Source of the DNA: Minisyncoccota bacterium
GTDB lineage: Bacteria; Patescibacteriota; Minisyncoccia; Phycocordibacterales; PALSA-1337
Direction of reading: 5' to 3'
DNA: 64,000 bases
NCBI GenBank assembly: GCA_036170235.1
Contig: JAVHOW010000017.1
Location: forward strand, 4,143-68,142
This document shows, one piece after another, positions 44,625-53,980 of this stretch. The translations under genes and the position numbers were made by a program. Positions within the stretch are counted from its first letter, which is position 1, and every line of letters begins with the position of its first letter. Under the pieces are notes generated by a model, which worked only from the letters and a program-made list of their open reading frames with translations, did not search any database and was not told the origin of the DNA.

Positions 44625-45994
44625 GAGAGTAATTCGGCGAAGCATTCGTCGATGACTGTCACACCCTCGATAAGTGCGGCGTCGGGTATGGTGAGCGGGG
44701 GGCCAATCTTTATTGATTCTCTACCGGTATGAACCATGAGGAGTCCCTTCTGCATTGCACGCTCGCAGATGTGGGTCGCAAGTTCGCTCAGGGGTGCACC
44801 CTTAGTATCCTCAATAATAAGTGCGGCCACCATGCCGGTTCCCAAAATTCTGGCAATAACTTTCGGATATTTCGCTTTAAGTTTGGCTAGTTCTGTGTGG
44901 AGAATCTTTCCTTTGCGTCCGGCTTCTGCAACAAGTCCCTTTTTCTCAAAATAATTTAGAGTCGCGAGACCAGCCGCACATCCGAGCGGTTGTGCTGAGT
45001 GCGTACTCGACATTGAACCAAAAGCGGGAATATCGAGGATATTCTTACGGCCAATGACTGCGGAGATGGGGAAGCCGCTGCCAAGCGCTTTTCCGAGGCA
45101 CAGCAAATCAGGGGTTACGTCGTAGTGCTGATAGCAGAATAACTTACCTGTTCGGCCGAAGCCGGATTGGATTTCATCAAACATGACCAGTATACCGTGC
45201 TTCCGGGCGAAGGCAACAAGCGCTTGGATATACGCTTTCGGGTAGAGTACTGCACCCCATCCTTGGTACGACTCGATCGCGAATCCTATGACCTTCTTCA
45301 TGTTCACGCCACTCTTTTCGAGGGTGTGCATATCTTTTTCAAAATGTTTTTTCCAATCATATCCTTTATTTTCATGTTTCCATGAATAAGGGAATGGGAC
45401 GTGGTGTATATTCGGGTCTGCATGACCGATCCAGGCGGATGAGTCTGGACGGCCGCGAAGCATCTCGGCGCCCATGGTTCGCCCGTGCATGCTTCCAGTG
45501 AATGAAATAATGCCGACGCGGTCGGATGAAGTCTGCTGACCGTAGAGTCGCATCAGTTTGAGGGCGCACTCGGACGCTTCTGTTCCCGATGAAACCAGGA
45601 ATGCTTTTTCACAGAATGCTGGAGTGAATTCGACAAGTTTTTTAAGGAATTGCGCGCGAATATTGCTGGCAAAGGTATAGGTATGAATCAGTGGCTGTTT
45701 GAGTTGAGTTTGCATAGCCTTGATAACGTCTGGATTTGAATGTCCTGCATTGGCCACGAAAATAGTTGAAGTGAAGTCTATCCAACAGTTGCCGTGCTTG
45801 TCGAATACTTGGAAATCTTTTGCTTTGTCCCAGACTATCGGCAATTGGCCGTGCATCGATCGCGACTCATATTTCTCGAGCTCTGCGAAAATATCAGCTG
45901 TTCCTGGCGCAGGAATTGCGGTCCGAATCTTGCGGTATTTGGTGCTGATGGCGGGTACGCGTGCCAGTTTTTTTGAAAAATCTGAATGGGCCAT
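44621..45994 (-). CDS. class III (GABA/GSA-type) pyridoxal-phosphate aminotransferase
   Basis: SGTEASECALKL, FDEIQSGFGRTGKLF and LCLGKALGSGFPISAV (PLP lysine). Confidence 0.85.
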   Translation of the reverse strand: MAHSDFSKKLARVPAISTKYRKIRTAIPAPGTADIFAELEKYESRSMHGQLPIVWDKAKDFQVFDKHGNCWIDFTSTIFVANAGHSNPDVIKAMQTQLKQPLIHTYTFASNIRAQFLKKLVEFTPAFCEKAFLVSSGTEASECALKLMRLYGQQTSSDRVGIISFTGSMHGRTMGAEMLRGRPDSSAWIGHADPNIHHVPFPYSWKHENKGYDWKKHFEKDMHTLEKSGVNMKKVIGFAIESYQGWGAVLYPKAYIQALVAFARKHGILVMFDEIQSGFGRTGKLFCYQHYDVTPDLLCLGKALGSGFPISAVIGRKNILDIPAFGSMSSTHSAQPLGCAAGLATLNYFEKKGLVAEAGRKGKILHTELAKLKAKYPKVIARILGTGMVAALIIEDTKGAPLSELATHICERAMQKGLLMVHTGRESIKIGPPLTIPDAALIEGVTVIDECFAELLS

Positions 45995-46758
45995 TATTTT
46001 TTTGGAAAATTCTTTTTTAAATACTCGTAAATATCCCAGGCTGTTTTCTCAAGATTATACTCGGTGAACCGGAAATCTTCCTTCGAGTCGATCTCGCCAG
46101 TATCTGGGCTGGTATACGCCAGAATTTTTGGACCGTGCAAGCTCGATGAGTTCATAATATGTTTTGTGACTAAAATGTCAACGTAGCCATCTGGCTGATA
46201 TACAGGAGGAAATGTTTGTCGTGGTAGGTCGTAATATTCTGGACGAGGATCATCAGGAAAAAGTCCGGTAAAGTGTCCGTCATTGATGCCAAATAGTTTG
46301 TAGGGCGATTCGCGAATCTCGTGGCCCGATCGTAGTGACGTTGACCCTTTTGATGTACGCATGAGTTTGATAGCCTCATCTATGTGACGGGAATTGCGGA
46401 GGGGAGTTGTTGGTCGTAAATACACTAGAAAATCAGGGTGGTGATTTTCATTCTTCTTGAGCCAGTCGAGGACGTGCCTGATGACGTCTATGTCCTTTGA
46501 TTTATCAGTCGCGTATTCATCTGGTCGGAGAAACGGAACTTCAGCTCCATAGTGTCGCGCGATTTCCGCAATTTCTTCGTTGTCGGTACTGACAATAACG
46601 CGCTCAATATCTTTAGATAACTTCGCAGCGGCAATAGAGTAGGCGATCAGAGGGTATCCAGCAAGTGAATGCACGTTCTTTTTTGGCACACCCTTCGAAC
46701 CACCTCGTGCAGGAATGAGTGCGATGACTTTGTGCTTTGTTGGGCGCTTTGGCTTCAT
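45994..46758 (-). CDS. acylneuraminate cytidylyltransferase family (CMP-nonulosonate synthetase)
   Basis: VIALIPARGGSKGVPKKNVHSLAGYPLIAYSI and YLRPTTPLR. Confidence 0.85.
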   Translation of the reverse strand: MKPKRPTKHKVIALIPARGGSKGVPKKNVHSLAGYPLIAYSIAAAKLSKDIERVIVSTDNEEIAEIARHYGAEVPFLRPDEYATDKSKDIDVIRHVLDWLKKNENHHPDFLVYLRPTTPLRNSRHIDEAIKLMRTSKGSTSLRSGHEIRESPYKLFGINDGHFTGLFPDDPRPEYYDLPRQTFPPVYQPDGYVDILVTKHIMNSSSLHGPKILAYTSPDTGEIDSKEDFRFTEYNLEKTAWDIYEYLKKNFPKK

Positions 46759-46843
46759 AGTGAAGGATTATAGCTGGTGTAAGGAGGAAATACAAAGGTC
46801 TATTTGACTTATAAAGTCGCAGTATTTTTATTAATAAAAAAAT

Positions 46844-46869
46844 CCGGCAGGGGTTTGGGACCCTGCCGG
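46844..46869 (-). terminator. rho-independent terminator of the GC-rich neuB-like gene
   Basis: ccggcaggg/ccctgccgg stem. An A-run on the plus strand at 46834-46840 gives a U-run on the minus-strand transcript. Confidence 0.65.
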
Positions 46870-46892
46870 TTGTTTGCATGACTGATTATTGG

Positions 46893-47909
46893 TTAACCTG
46901 GAGATGTTCGCAACCAAGCGACACCGACGTCGGAACGCGGAGAGCGACGCACGCGGCGCAGTTTCTTTGCGACCTCCTCTTCGCCGGGGTAGATGACGAT
47001 CTTGCCGTTACCTTTGGCAACGTCGAGTTCCTTGACCGCCTTGAAGAGGCGACTGAACTCTGCCGGCTCAAGGGAGCTCGCTTGATCTGAACCGTACATC
47101 CCGCGTTCGAGCGTGATGTGGACCTCGATCATACACGCGCCCATGGCAACCGCCGCATACACCGGCATGATGCCGCTGAAGTGGCTGGAGAACCCGACGG
47201 GAACATCGAAGGTGTCAGCCAAGACTTCGATGCCGTTGAGGTTGACCATCGACAGAAGCTCGTCACCGTGCTCCGTACCTTTTGGATAGACACTGGTGCA
47301 GTGTAGGATGATGAGGTTTTCCTTGCCGAGAACATCAACCGCCGCGCCCACACCATATATGTCCGTCATGCCCGTCGAGAGAATGACCGGCTTGCCAGTC
47401 TTGCTCACTGCCGCCAAAAGTTCGTCGTCTTCGTTGCATGCAGACGCGATCTTGTGACACGGGAGGTTGAAGGGAATCATCCGGGCCAGTGCCTGGGTGT
47501 CCCAGCACGAGGTCAACCAGACGATTCCTTTTTCCGCACAGTAAAAATCAATTGCGCGGTATTCATCATCAGTAAACTCGAGAATCCGCTTGAGGTCACC
47601 GTTGGTGGTGTTTTCGAAATCCGACTGCATTAGTCGTTCGACAGAAAGCGGTGGAAGTACGCCACGCTTGATGCCGTTTTCGATCATTGATCGAGGGACG
47701 GGCCGTGCTTTTGCCAGTTCTTCTGGCGTATACACGACTTCGATCGTGCGAGTCTGGAATTTGACCGCATCGGCACCTGCCTTTGCAGCCGTGTCGATGA
47801 GTTGCTTCGCAATCTTGATGTCGCCATTGTGATTGATGCCGATTTCCGCGACAATAAAGCACGGGCAATTGGGGCCGACAAGTCGGCCGTTGATGTTAAG
47901 AACTTTCAT
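46893..47909 (-). CDS. neuB: N-acetylneuraminate (nonulosonate) synthase NeuB family, GC-rich, SAF domain apparently truncated
   Basis: CFIVAEIGINHNGDIKIAKQLIDTAAKAGADAVKFQTR. 39/60 G+C in 46921-46980, against 27/60 in 46741-46800. The C-terminus RRSPRSDVGVAWLRTSPG is far shorter than a SAF domain. AAGGAAG lies 8 nt before the ATG. Confidence 0.82.
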   Translation of the reverse strand: MKVLNINGRLVGPNCPCFIVAEIGINHNGDIKIAKQLIDTAAKAGADAVKFQTRTIEVVYTPEELAKARPVPRSMIENGIKRGVLPPLSVERLMQSDFENTTNGDLKRILEFTDDEYRAIDFYCAEKGIVWLTSCWDTQALARMIPFNLPCHKIASACNEDDELLAAVSKTGKPVILSTGMTDIYGVGAAVDVLGKENLIILHCTSVYPKGTEHGDELLSMVNLNGIEVLADTFDVPVGFSSHFSGIMPVYAAVAMGACMIEVHITLERGMYGSDQASSLEPAEFSRLFKAVKELDVAKGNGKIVIYPGEEEVAKKLRRVRRSPRSDVGVAWLRTSPG

Positions 47910-48027
47910 TTTGTTTCTTCCTTGGTTGGTGGTTGCCGAATAAATTCAGTGACTCAAGGAGTGAGTCTACTATAAAGCTAACACGACATCCTAGACGTGA
48001 CACTATTGACGCATAAGCATATAAATG

Positions 48028-48729
48028 CTACTTTTTTTCCAACCAAATCCAAAAATAACGCTGACCTTCACCTTCAGATTTGATAATGGTGAGTGGTAGA
48101 TCTCTGATGAGCTTGTTTGCATCAGCAACAGAAAAAGAAGGACCGTAGAACCAATTCTTTTTGCTGGTCGGTAAGCCACGAAGTTGTATTTTTGCGATAC
48201 CATTTGGACGAAGTACACGTGATACTTCCGTCAGATTCTTTTCAATAGTCTGTCTGTCCGGCATGTGCTGAAATACTATAAATGAAAAAACGAAATCAAA
48301 TGAAGAATTGGCAAATAGGAAACTGGTCCCGTCTGTTGCTTTGAAAGAAATGTTTTTCGTTGAAGCGAGTCGTTGACCGCCTTTACGTATCATCTCTTCG
48401 GAAATATCTACAGCTGATATCGTTTTGAAATTTTTTGAAAGAAATTCAGTAATACGACCGATACCGCATCCAATTTCCATAACATCTTTAGTGTTGAAAG
48501 GAGAGAGGCGACTTTGAACTAAGGTGTCACCGGCAATAAGCTCATTATAGTCTTTCATGCCTGAAGCCCTAAACTGTTCTTCGGTGATACCTTCTCCATA
48601 ATCAGTCATCACAAAATATGCGGCATTTTTCTCAGCCAGCGAGTTCCACTTTTTCTTGCTGTCGATAAGGTTCTCTGTCGGTACAAAGCTATTAATTAGT
48701 GTGTGAATCCATTTTTTGACAGTATGCAT
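48028..48729 (-). CDS. class I SAM-dependent methyltransferase
   Basis: VMEIGCGIGRITEFLSKNFKTISAVDISEEMI and SFIVFQHMP. Confidence 0.78.
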   Translation of the reverse strand: MHTVKKWIHTLINSFVPTENLIDSKKKWNSLAEKNAAYFVMTDYGEGITEEQFRASGMKDYNELIAGDTLVQSRLSPFNTKDVMEIGCGIGRITEFLSKNFKTISAVDISEEMIRKGGQRLASTKNISFKATDGTSFLFANSSFDFVFSFIVFQHMPDRQTIEKNLTEVSRVLRPNGIAKIQLRGLPTSKKNWFYGPSFSVADANKLIRDLPLTIIKSEGEGQRYFWIWLEKK

Positions 48730-48748
48730 AAGTATGCGCTATTGTATC

Positions 48749-50068
48749 ATGGCATTCATGAATGTCACCTCACCCGTTCGAAAGCCGAGGATAGTGCTCG
48801 TACCACATTATACCGGTAGCCTCAGGTATTACGAGAAGCTCGGCGAATATCTCAAGGAACACTACGACGTCTCTTTTCTATTGATTCAATTGCCGCGCCT
48901 TGGTAGAAAAAGTTACACCGCATCCCATTATAATTTTGATGAGATGGTGTCGCGTTGTACGGAGAAGGGTCTTACTTTTTATACGATTCGTCAACCGGCA
49001 CCATTGCCTTTGCTCGCTCGATTTCCATTCATACAATTTCTTGCGTCTGCTCGTACCTACGCTCGCGATGTCAGTAACGTCTTGTCCGACACACGTATCC
49101 GAAAACTCATCGCGATCAATGATGCTGGTTTTTATTTTGGCACCATTTTTGGAGAAGCAAAGAAGCGAGGAATAAAGACATATGTACTTCAGTGGGACGT
49201 AACGTACGACGTGCAAGCCAATGGCGCTTCAATGAAATCAATTTCCGCATGGCGTCGTTCGGTGCATGCGGTGAGAAAAAACATTGAGAATTCAATAAAA
49301 GCACTGATGCTAAAATTTGTTGCTGGACGTAATGCGCGCAATGTAAAATCTGTGCCAGGATCAAATCTATCGGACAAATTTGGGGTCATCAATCAGCAGG
49401 CTTTTGATTATTTTTCTTCTCTTGGGGTGCAACAAGAAAAAATGACAGTTGTAGGGTATCTCGATTTCCATGTGACAACAGTGCTCAAACAAAGACTTGA
49501 TACCGATGTGTCTGTGAGGGCTGACGTCGCACATCGATTGGGGATTAATGTATCAAAAAATAATATTGTCATTTTTAGTTCAGCATATAATTCTAATGTC
49601 GTGCATGTGCTTGATGATGCTGGCCAGCTTGCGTTCTATGAGGAAATCATTGAGATGATTCGCGAGTCATGTCCGGCAGAACATTATGCTATATCTATTA
49701 AAATTCATCCTATCGAAAATGCTACACTTTATGAGCCTCTCAAACAGCGCGGAGTGAAAATATATGATAAATTTATCGACAATGCCGAATTGATTTATTT
49801 TTCTGATCTATATATTGCAGATAGTACGACGGTCAATTTTGTACCCGTATTGATGAATAAAAAAGCTCTGTTTGTTAATTTTGTTAAATTACCACTTATT
49901 GAAGCGTCGCGAGAATATTTTGGTATCAAAAAATACATTACTGACAAAGACGAGTTCCGTGCTCTGATTAAGGCTTATGCAGGTGGTCATCTCGAGTCTC
50001 AATATGATTCGGATACGCGCATTTTTACCAAGGATTCATTAAAGAGAATAGTTGAGTGGATCGGATAA
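48749..50068 (+). CDS. hypothetical protein, possibly GT-B-like capsule/teichoic-type transferase
   Basis: About 440-aa soluble protein in the glycan island with no firm motif. The start is ambiguous (48734/48749/48758). It diverges from the methyltransferase gene. Confidence 0.35.
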   Translation: MAFMNVTSPVRKPRIVLVPHYTGSLRYYEKLGEYLKEHYDVSFLLIQLPRLGRKSYTASHYNFDEMVSRCTEKGLTFYTIRQPAPLPLLARFPFIQFLASARTYARDVSNVLSDTRIRKLIAINDAGFYFGTIFGEAKKRGIKTYVLQWDVTYDVQANGASMKSISAWRRSVHAVRKNIENSIKALMLKFVAGRNARNVKSVPGSNLSDKFGVINQQAFDYFSSLGVQQEKMTVVGYLDFHVTTVLKQRLDTDVSVRADVAHRLGINVSKNNIVIFSSAYNSNVVHVLDDAGQLAFYEEIIEMIRESCPAEHYAISIKIHPIENATLYEPLKQRGVKIYDKFIDNAELIYFSDLYIADSTTVNFVPVLMNKKALFVNFVKLPLIEASREYFGIKKYITDKDEFRALIKAYAGGHLESQYDSDTRIFTKDSLKRIVEWIG

Positions 50069-50075
50069 TACACAC

Positions 50076-51128
50076 ATGATATCTTCAACATCTACAACTG
50101 AGCTCACCATTTGTACCGTATCTTTTGGTCAACGAGATATTATCGAGGCGAATATTGTGCAAACTAAGCGATTTAATCCTGGAGTTTCTATCCGATGGAT
50201 AATTGTCGAAAATGGTCATGAAAGTATGGTGGGTAGATTTCCTATTGGTAACTTTGTAGATGGTATTGTTATACAAGGTATAAAGAATGAGTTTACCGGT
50301 GTAGCTCCGGCAAGTTATCACCACGCATCTGGACTCAATCGAGCAATTAAGGAAGTTGTTACTCGTTTTACACTTGTGCTTGATCCAGATTTTTATATTG
50401 TAAAAAAGGGATGGGTACGTGAAATTCTTGAGCACATGAATGATAGGGGGCTCGCATTTTTTGGAGCCCCGTACAATCCGAAACGATATATGAAGTATCG
50501 CTATTTTCCGTGTATTCACTGTATGTTCATTGATCTTAAAAAAGTGGAAAAGGGTCAGCTCGATTTTTCACCACGTTACGAACAAGACCGACTTCTTGCG
50601 GGTCGAGCAAAAGCCACCGCAGCTTCGGAGCAAAAAAACACTTCTGTTAAAACAAATTCAACACACAAAATAGCCAGAATAATTCCAACTCTCAAACATT
50701 TTTTAAAAATGTGGTTGCGAAGATCGGCGATCGTCGGTTCTTCACGTGATACAGGATATGGTGTCTATGAGGTGTTCGACACACAATCTAACATTCATGC
50801 AGAATGTGCCCAGCCGGTTTTCAAGTTTAGCTCAAGTAATATCAATCCAAGGTACCTTATCTCGTCCTTCAATCGTTTTGTAGAGAAATTCCTACCAGAA
50901 CGTCTGTGTTATCTGCCCAAAAAACGCGGATATTTCACGGAAAAGGGATTTGCAGAATACGGTATAACAGACGTATTTTCTCGTGGCTGGGATGAGTTTG
51001 TGTGGAAGGATATGCCATTCGGTTTTCATCTCCAAGGCGCGCGTCGTGATGGAAAAACTACAGATCATACGTCAGAAATTCCTGCGCTTCTGGAAATTTT
51101 CAAAGTATGCGAGAATATGATGCCATGA
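50076..51128 (+). CDS. glycosyltransferase family 2-like protein
   Basis: ICTVSFGQRDIIEANI...WIIVENG...LVLDPDFYIV (DxD-like). Confidence 0.5.
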   Translation: MISSTSTTELTICTVSFGQRDIIEANIVQTKRFNPGVSIRWIIVENGHESMVGRFPIGNFVDGIVIQGIKNEFTGVAPASYHHASGLNRAIKEVVTRFTLVLDPDFYIVKKGWVREILEHMNDRGLAFFGAPYNPKRYMKYRYFPCIHCMFIDLKKVEKGQLDFSPRYEQDRLLAGRAKATAASEQKNTSVKTNSTHKIARIIPTLKHFLKMWLRRSAIVGSSRDTGYGVYEVFDTQSNIHAECAQPVFKFSSSNINPRYLISSFNRFVEKFLPERLCYLPKKRGYFTEKGFAEYGITDVFSRGWDEFVWKDMPFGFHLQGARRDGKTTDHTSEIPALLEIFKVCENMMP

Positions 51129-52480
51129 AAACAATTTTTATTACGGTATTCGAAGGAGTGGAAGCAAAGAATATTTTGCGTACTGGCATTGTTGATGCGA
51201 TCCTCAAAAATAGTTCTGACACGCGGATTGTACTTTTTGTAAAAAATAAAGAGCGTGCGGACTATTATGGCCGTGAATTTTCTAACCCAAGAATATCATA
51301 TGAAGTTGTTGCTCCTTATGACCAGGTTGGCATTCACAAGCTTTTTAGTTCTTGGAAGTTTCTCTTTTTGCAGACGGACACTACTGATTTACGTGCCAAG
51401 ATGGTTTCGGAAGATCGTGGTGCATGGTATTGGTATTATTCCCGTGTGATTCACCGTATATTGGCCCATCGTCCTTTTGTTGCGCTTTTCCGTACGCTCG
51501 ATCGTATGTTGTCGAGGAATCCTGTCTTTGATCAGTATTTTCGCACCTACAAACCTGATTTGATCTTACTCGCGAATCTATTTGAGGATTTTGAAGTTGA
51601 TTTTCTCAAATCTGCCAAGAGGCATGGCGTTCGATCTATTGGACTCACCAACAGCTGGGATCGTGCAACTGCACGTTGCATTTTGCGTGTGATTCCAGAC
51701 AAGACTATTGTGTTCAATGATACGTTGCTTGATCAGATGGCTACACACAATTACATACCACGTTCGGATTTCTTTCTTTCCGGCATTCCGCAGTACGATG
51801 ATTATTTTTCACCACCGAGTGTGTCGCGTGATGAATTTTTCAAAAGTATAGGTATTGATCCAAAAAAGAAATTGATGGTCTATTCGCCGATCGGTGGAAT
51901 GTTCAGTAATTCTGATTGGGACATCATGGATCATTTGCATGAGCTTCATGTCGCGGGGAAGTTTGGTGCGGATGTCGAAATTCTCGTACGCTTTTCTCCA
52001 AATGATTTTATTAAGGAAGTCGATCTCAAAAAGCGTCCGTATCTTCATTATCAAATTCCTGGAACTCGTTTTTCGTCAGTACGCTCGACCGATTGGGATA
52101 TGAATGGTCGTGAACTCGAGGAGCTCCGCAATACGCTTCATCATATGTCGCTCATTCTTTGTTATGCGTCGAGTATTTCGGTGGATGCGGCAGTCGTCAA
52201 CAAGCCAGTTATCAATATTGATTTTGAGATCAAGGATAACGGCAAACTTTCAAAATCTCCGACTGTATTTTATGGCATGACTCATTATGCCAAAGCGTTG
52301 AGCTATGGAGGTGTACGCATGGCTACGAATACAGATGAGCTGGTAACCTGGGTCAATAAGTATATAAGTGATCCAATCCTTGATGCAGAAGGACGCAAAA
52401 AACTGTCCGTTGCGCAGTGCCAGTTTCTCGACGGAAAGTCAGTTGATAGGATTTCGACGTATATCGTGGCGAATCTTTAA
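51125..52480 (+). CDS. hypothetical GT-B-like protein (CDP-glycerol glycerophosphotransferase/TagF-like, tentative)
   Basis: MKTIFITVFEG... has a Rossmann-like two-domain layout. The C-terminal half (LILCYASSISVDAAVVNKPVINI) resembles GT-B donor domains. Confidence 0.35.
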   Translation: MKTIFITVFEGVEAKNILRTGIVDAILKNSSDTRIVLFVKNKERADYYGREFSNPRISYEVVAPYDQVGIHKLFSSWKFLFLQTDTTDLRAKMVSEDRGAWYWYYSRVIHRILAHRPFVALFRTLDRMLSRNPVFDQYFRTYKPDLILLANLFEDFEVDFLKSAKRHGVRSIGLTNSWDRATARCILRVIPDKTIVFNDTLLDQMATHNYIPRSDFFLSGIPQYDDYFSPPSVSRDEFFKSIGIDPKKKLMVYSPIGGMFSNSDWDIMDHLHELHVAGKFGADVEILVRFSPNDFIKEVDLKKRPYLHYQIPGTRFSSVRSTDWDMNGRELEELRNTLHHMSLILCYASSISVDAAVVNKPVINIDFEIKDNGKLSKSPTVFYGMTHYAKALSYGGVRMATNTDELVTWVNKYISDPILDAEGRKKLSVAQCQFLDGKSVDRISTYIVANL

Positions 52481-52513
52481 ACGTTCTATATAGTCGGTTT
52501 ATATACAGGTTTG

Positions 52514-53053
52514 TTATTTTCTCACTCGAAGCTCAAATGTAAGCGTCTTGATGATATCCCAAAAGAATCGGCCGAATATGCGGTTGATGCCTGGAACATG
52601 GCGGAACCACGGTGTGTAGTATTTGTAGGAAATATTTTTGACCTGAAAATCACATTTCATATGATAATCAGGCAGGCGTCCGGCATTGAGAAGGTTTTTG
52701 TCAAAATATTCAAACGTACGCTCAGTAAAGAATTTTTTGTGAGTTGGATCCTTGAAAGCAGCAGTTGATTTTACATAAGGGACGGTGATGATAATTTTTG
52801 CGTTGTTTTTTGAAACGCGATACATTTCTTCCATAATAAAAACAGTATCTTCCAAATGTTCGATAATACTGAGCGCCAAGATTTCTTCTACAGAATTGTC
52901 CGGCAGAGGGATGCCTTTGGTAATGTCTGCAACAATATCAACCTCTGGATAGGCGATAATATCGATGGTAGCATAGCCAAGTTGCTTGTTTCTTCCACCA
53001 CCTAAATTGATCTTCGTGCAGTCTTTCATGGGGTATAGTATAGTATTAGTCAT
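52514..53053 (-). CDS. class I SAM-dependent methyltransferase
   Basis: INLGGG and ILALSIIEHLEDTVFIMEEMYRVSKNNAKIIITVPY. The ATG at 53053 abuts the divergent ATG at 53054 (CATATG). Confidence 0.68.
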   Translation of the reverse strand: MTNTILYPMKDCTKINLGGGRNKQLGYATIDIIAYPEVDIVADITKGIPLPDNSVEEILALSIIEHLEDTVFIMEEMYRVSKNNAKIIITVPYVKSTAAFKDPTHKKFFTERTFEYFDKNLLNAGRLPDYHMKCDFQVKNISYKYYTPWFRHVPGINRIFGRFFWDIIKTLTFELRVRK

Positions 53054-53929
53054 ATGAAAATGGAAATGACACAAACTGAGTACCAGAATATTATTGATAC
53101 GACAAAGGCCGACATTGTCGTTGGCGTTGATCGTGTTGGTAATGAAGTGTCAGTTTTGGCTACACGAAAAGGGGTGACTCGTGAGACCGCGCAGAATATA
53201 TTTCCGGTAGTTATCGATGAATATGAATGGTCGCGTGAAGAGCAGATCAAGCGTGCTCAGCAGTTTCGTGATCGAATCGAGTATATTTATTCTCCTGAAA
53301 ATGATTCGTCACATCCGATGCTTGCGACATGGAGACTGGATGATACGGCACGCCTCAAGACGACATTGGCCTTACCGTTTGGTGAAAAAGTGCTTGAGAC
53401 AGGATGTTCATCGGGCACGGTTGCCATCGAGATTGCCAAACTTGATGAGGTCAAGAAAGTTGTCGGTATTGATCTTCGACCAGATGCTATCGCTACAGCC
53501 AATGAATTGTTGAATACTCTGCGTACACAAGGAAAGATTTCGGCCGAGGACGCTGGTAAGGTTCGTTTTGAAGTTTCAGCCATAGAAGATCTCAAGTCTG
53601 TCGACGGCTATTATGACAGTGTCTGCGCGTTTGAAGTATTGGAGCATTTGACGATCACCGATTTTCACAAAGCCATGGCTAACATGCTCCGCCTACTTTC
53701 GTCAGAGGGAGCATTTCTTATGAGTGTGCCAAACAGGTATCCTGATGCATTTTATACTGATGCAAAACGCGCTCGCTGGAATGCGCCTGACCACAAGGAT
53801 TATTTCAGCAAAGAGAGCCTGGAGTGGCTGTTCAAGCCGTATTTCAAGCAGGTGACATTCCATTCGGTCGACAATCGTCCGGTCGGTAAAGGAGTCTATT
53901 TGTTCGCGGAAGGTAGGAAAAAGAAATAG
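53054..53929 (+). CDS. class I SAM-dependent methyltransferase
   Basis: VLETGCSSGTVAIEIAKL, VVGIDL and AFEVLEHL. Confidence 0.72.
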   Translation: MKMEMTQTEYQNIIDTTKADIVVGVDRVGNEVSVLATRKGVTRETAQNIFPVVIDEYEWSREEQIKRAQQFRDRIEYIYSPENDSSHPMLATWRLDDTARLKTTLALPFGEKVLETGCSSGTVAIEIAKLDEVKKVVGIDLRPDAIATANELLNTLRTQGKISAEDAGKVRFEVSAIEDLKSVDGYYDSVCAFEVLEHLTITDFHKAMANMLRLLSSEGAFLMSVPNRYPDAFYTDAKRARWNAPDHKDYFSKESLEWLFKPYFKQVTFHSVDNRPVGKGVYLFAEGRKKK

Positions 53930-53980
53930 CTGGATAGGTCTTTACGACTACCATATAAGTGTGGTAGAGTAAGTTTTCTC

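Noticed and set aside
46878-47881. Multiple ORFs on both strands within 46.9-47.9 kb
   Set aside because: High GC content generates long spurious frames. Only the minus-strand frame gives NeuB motifs.
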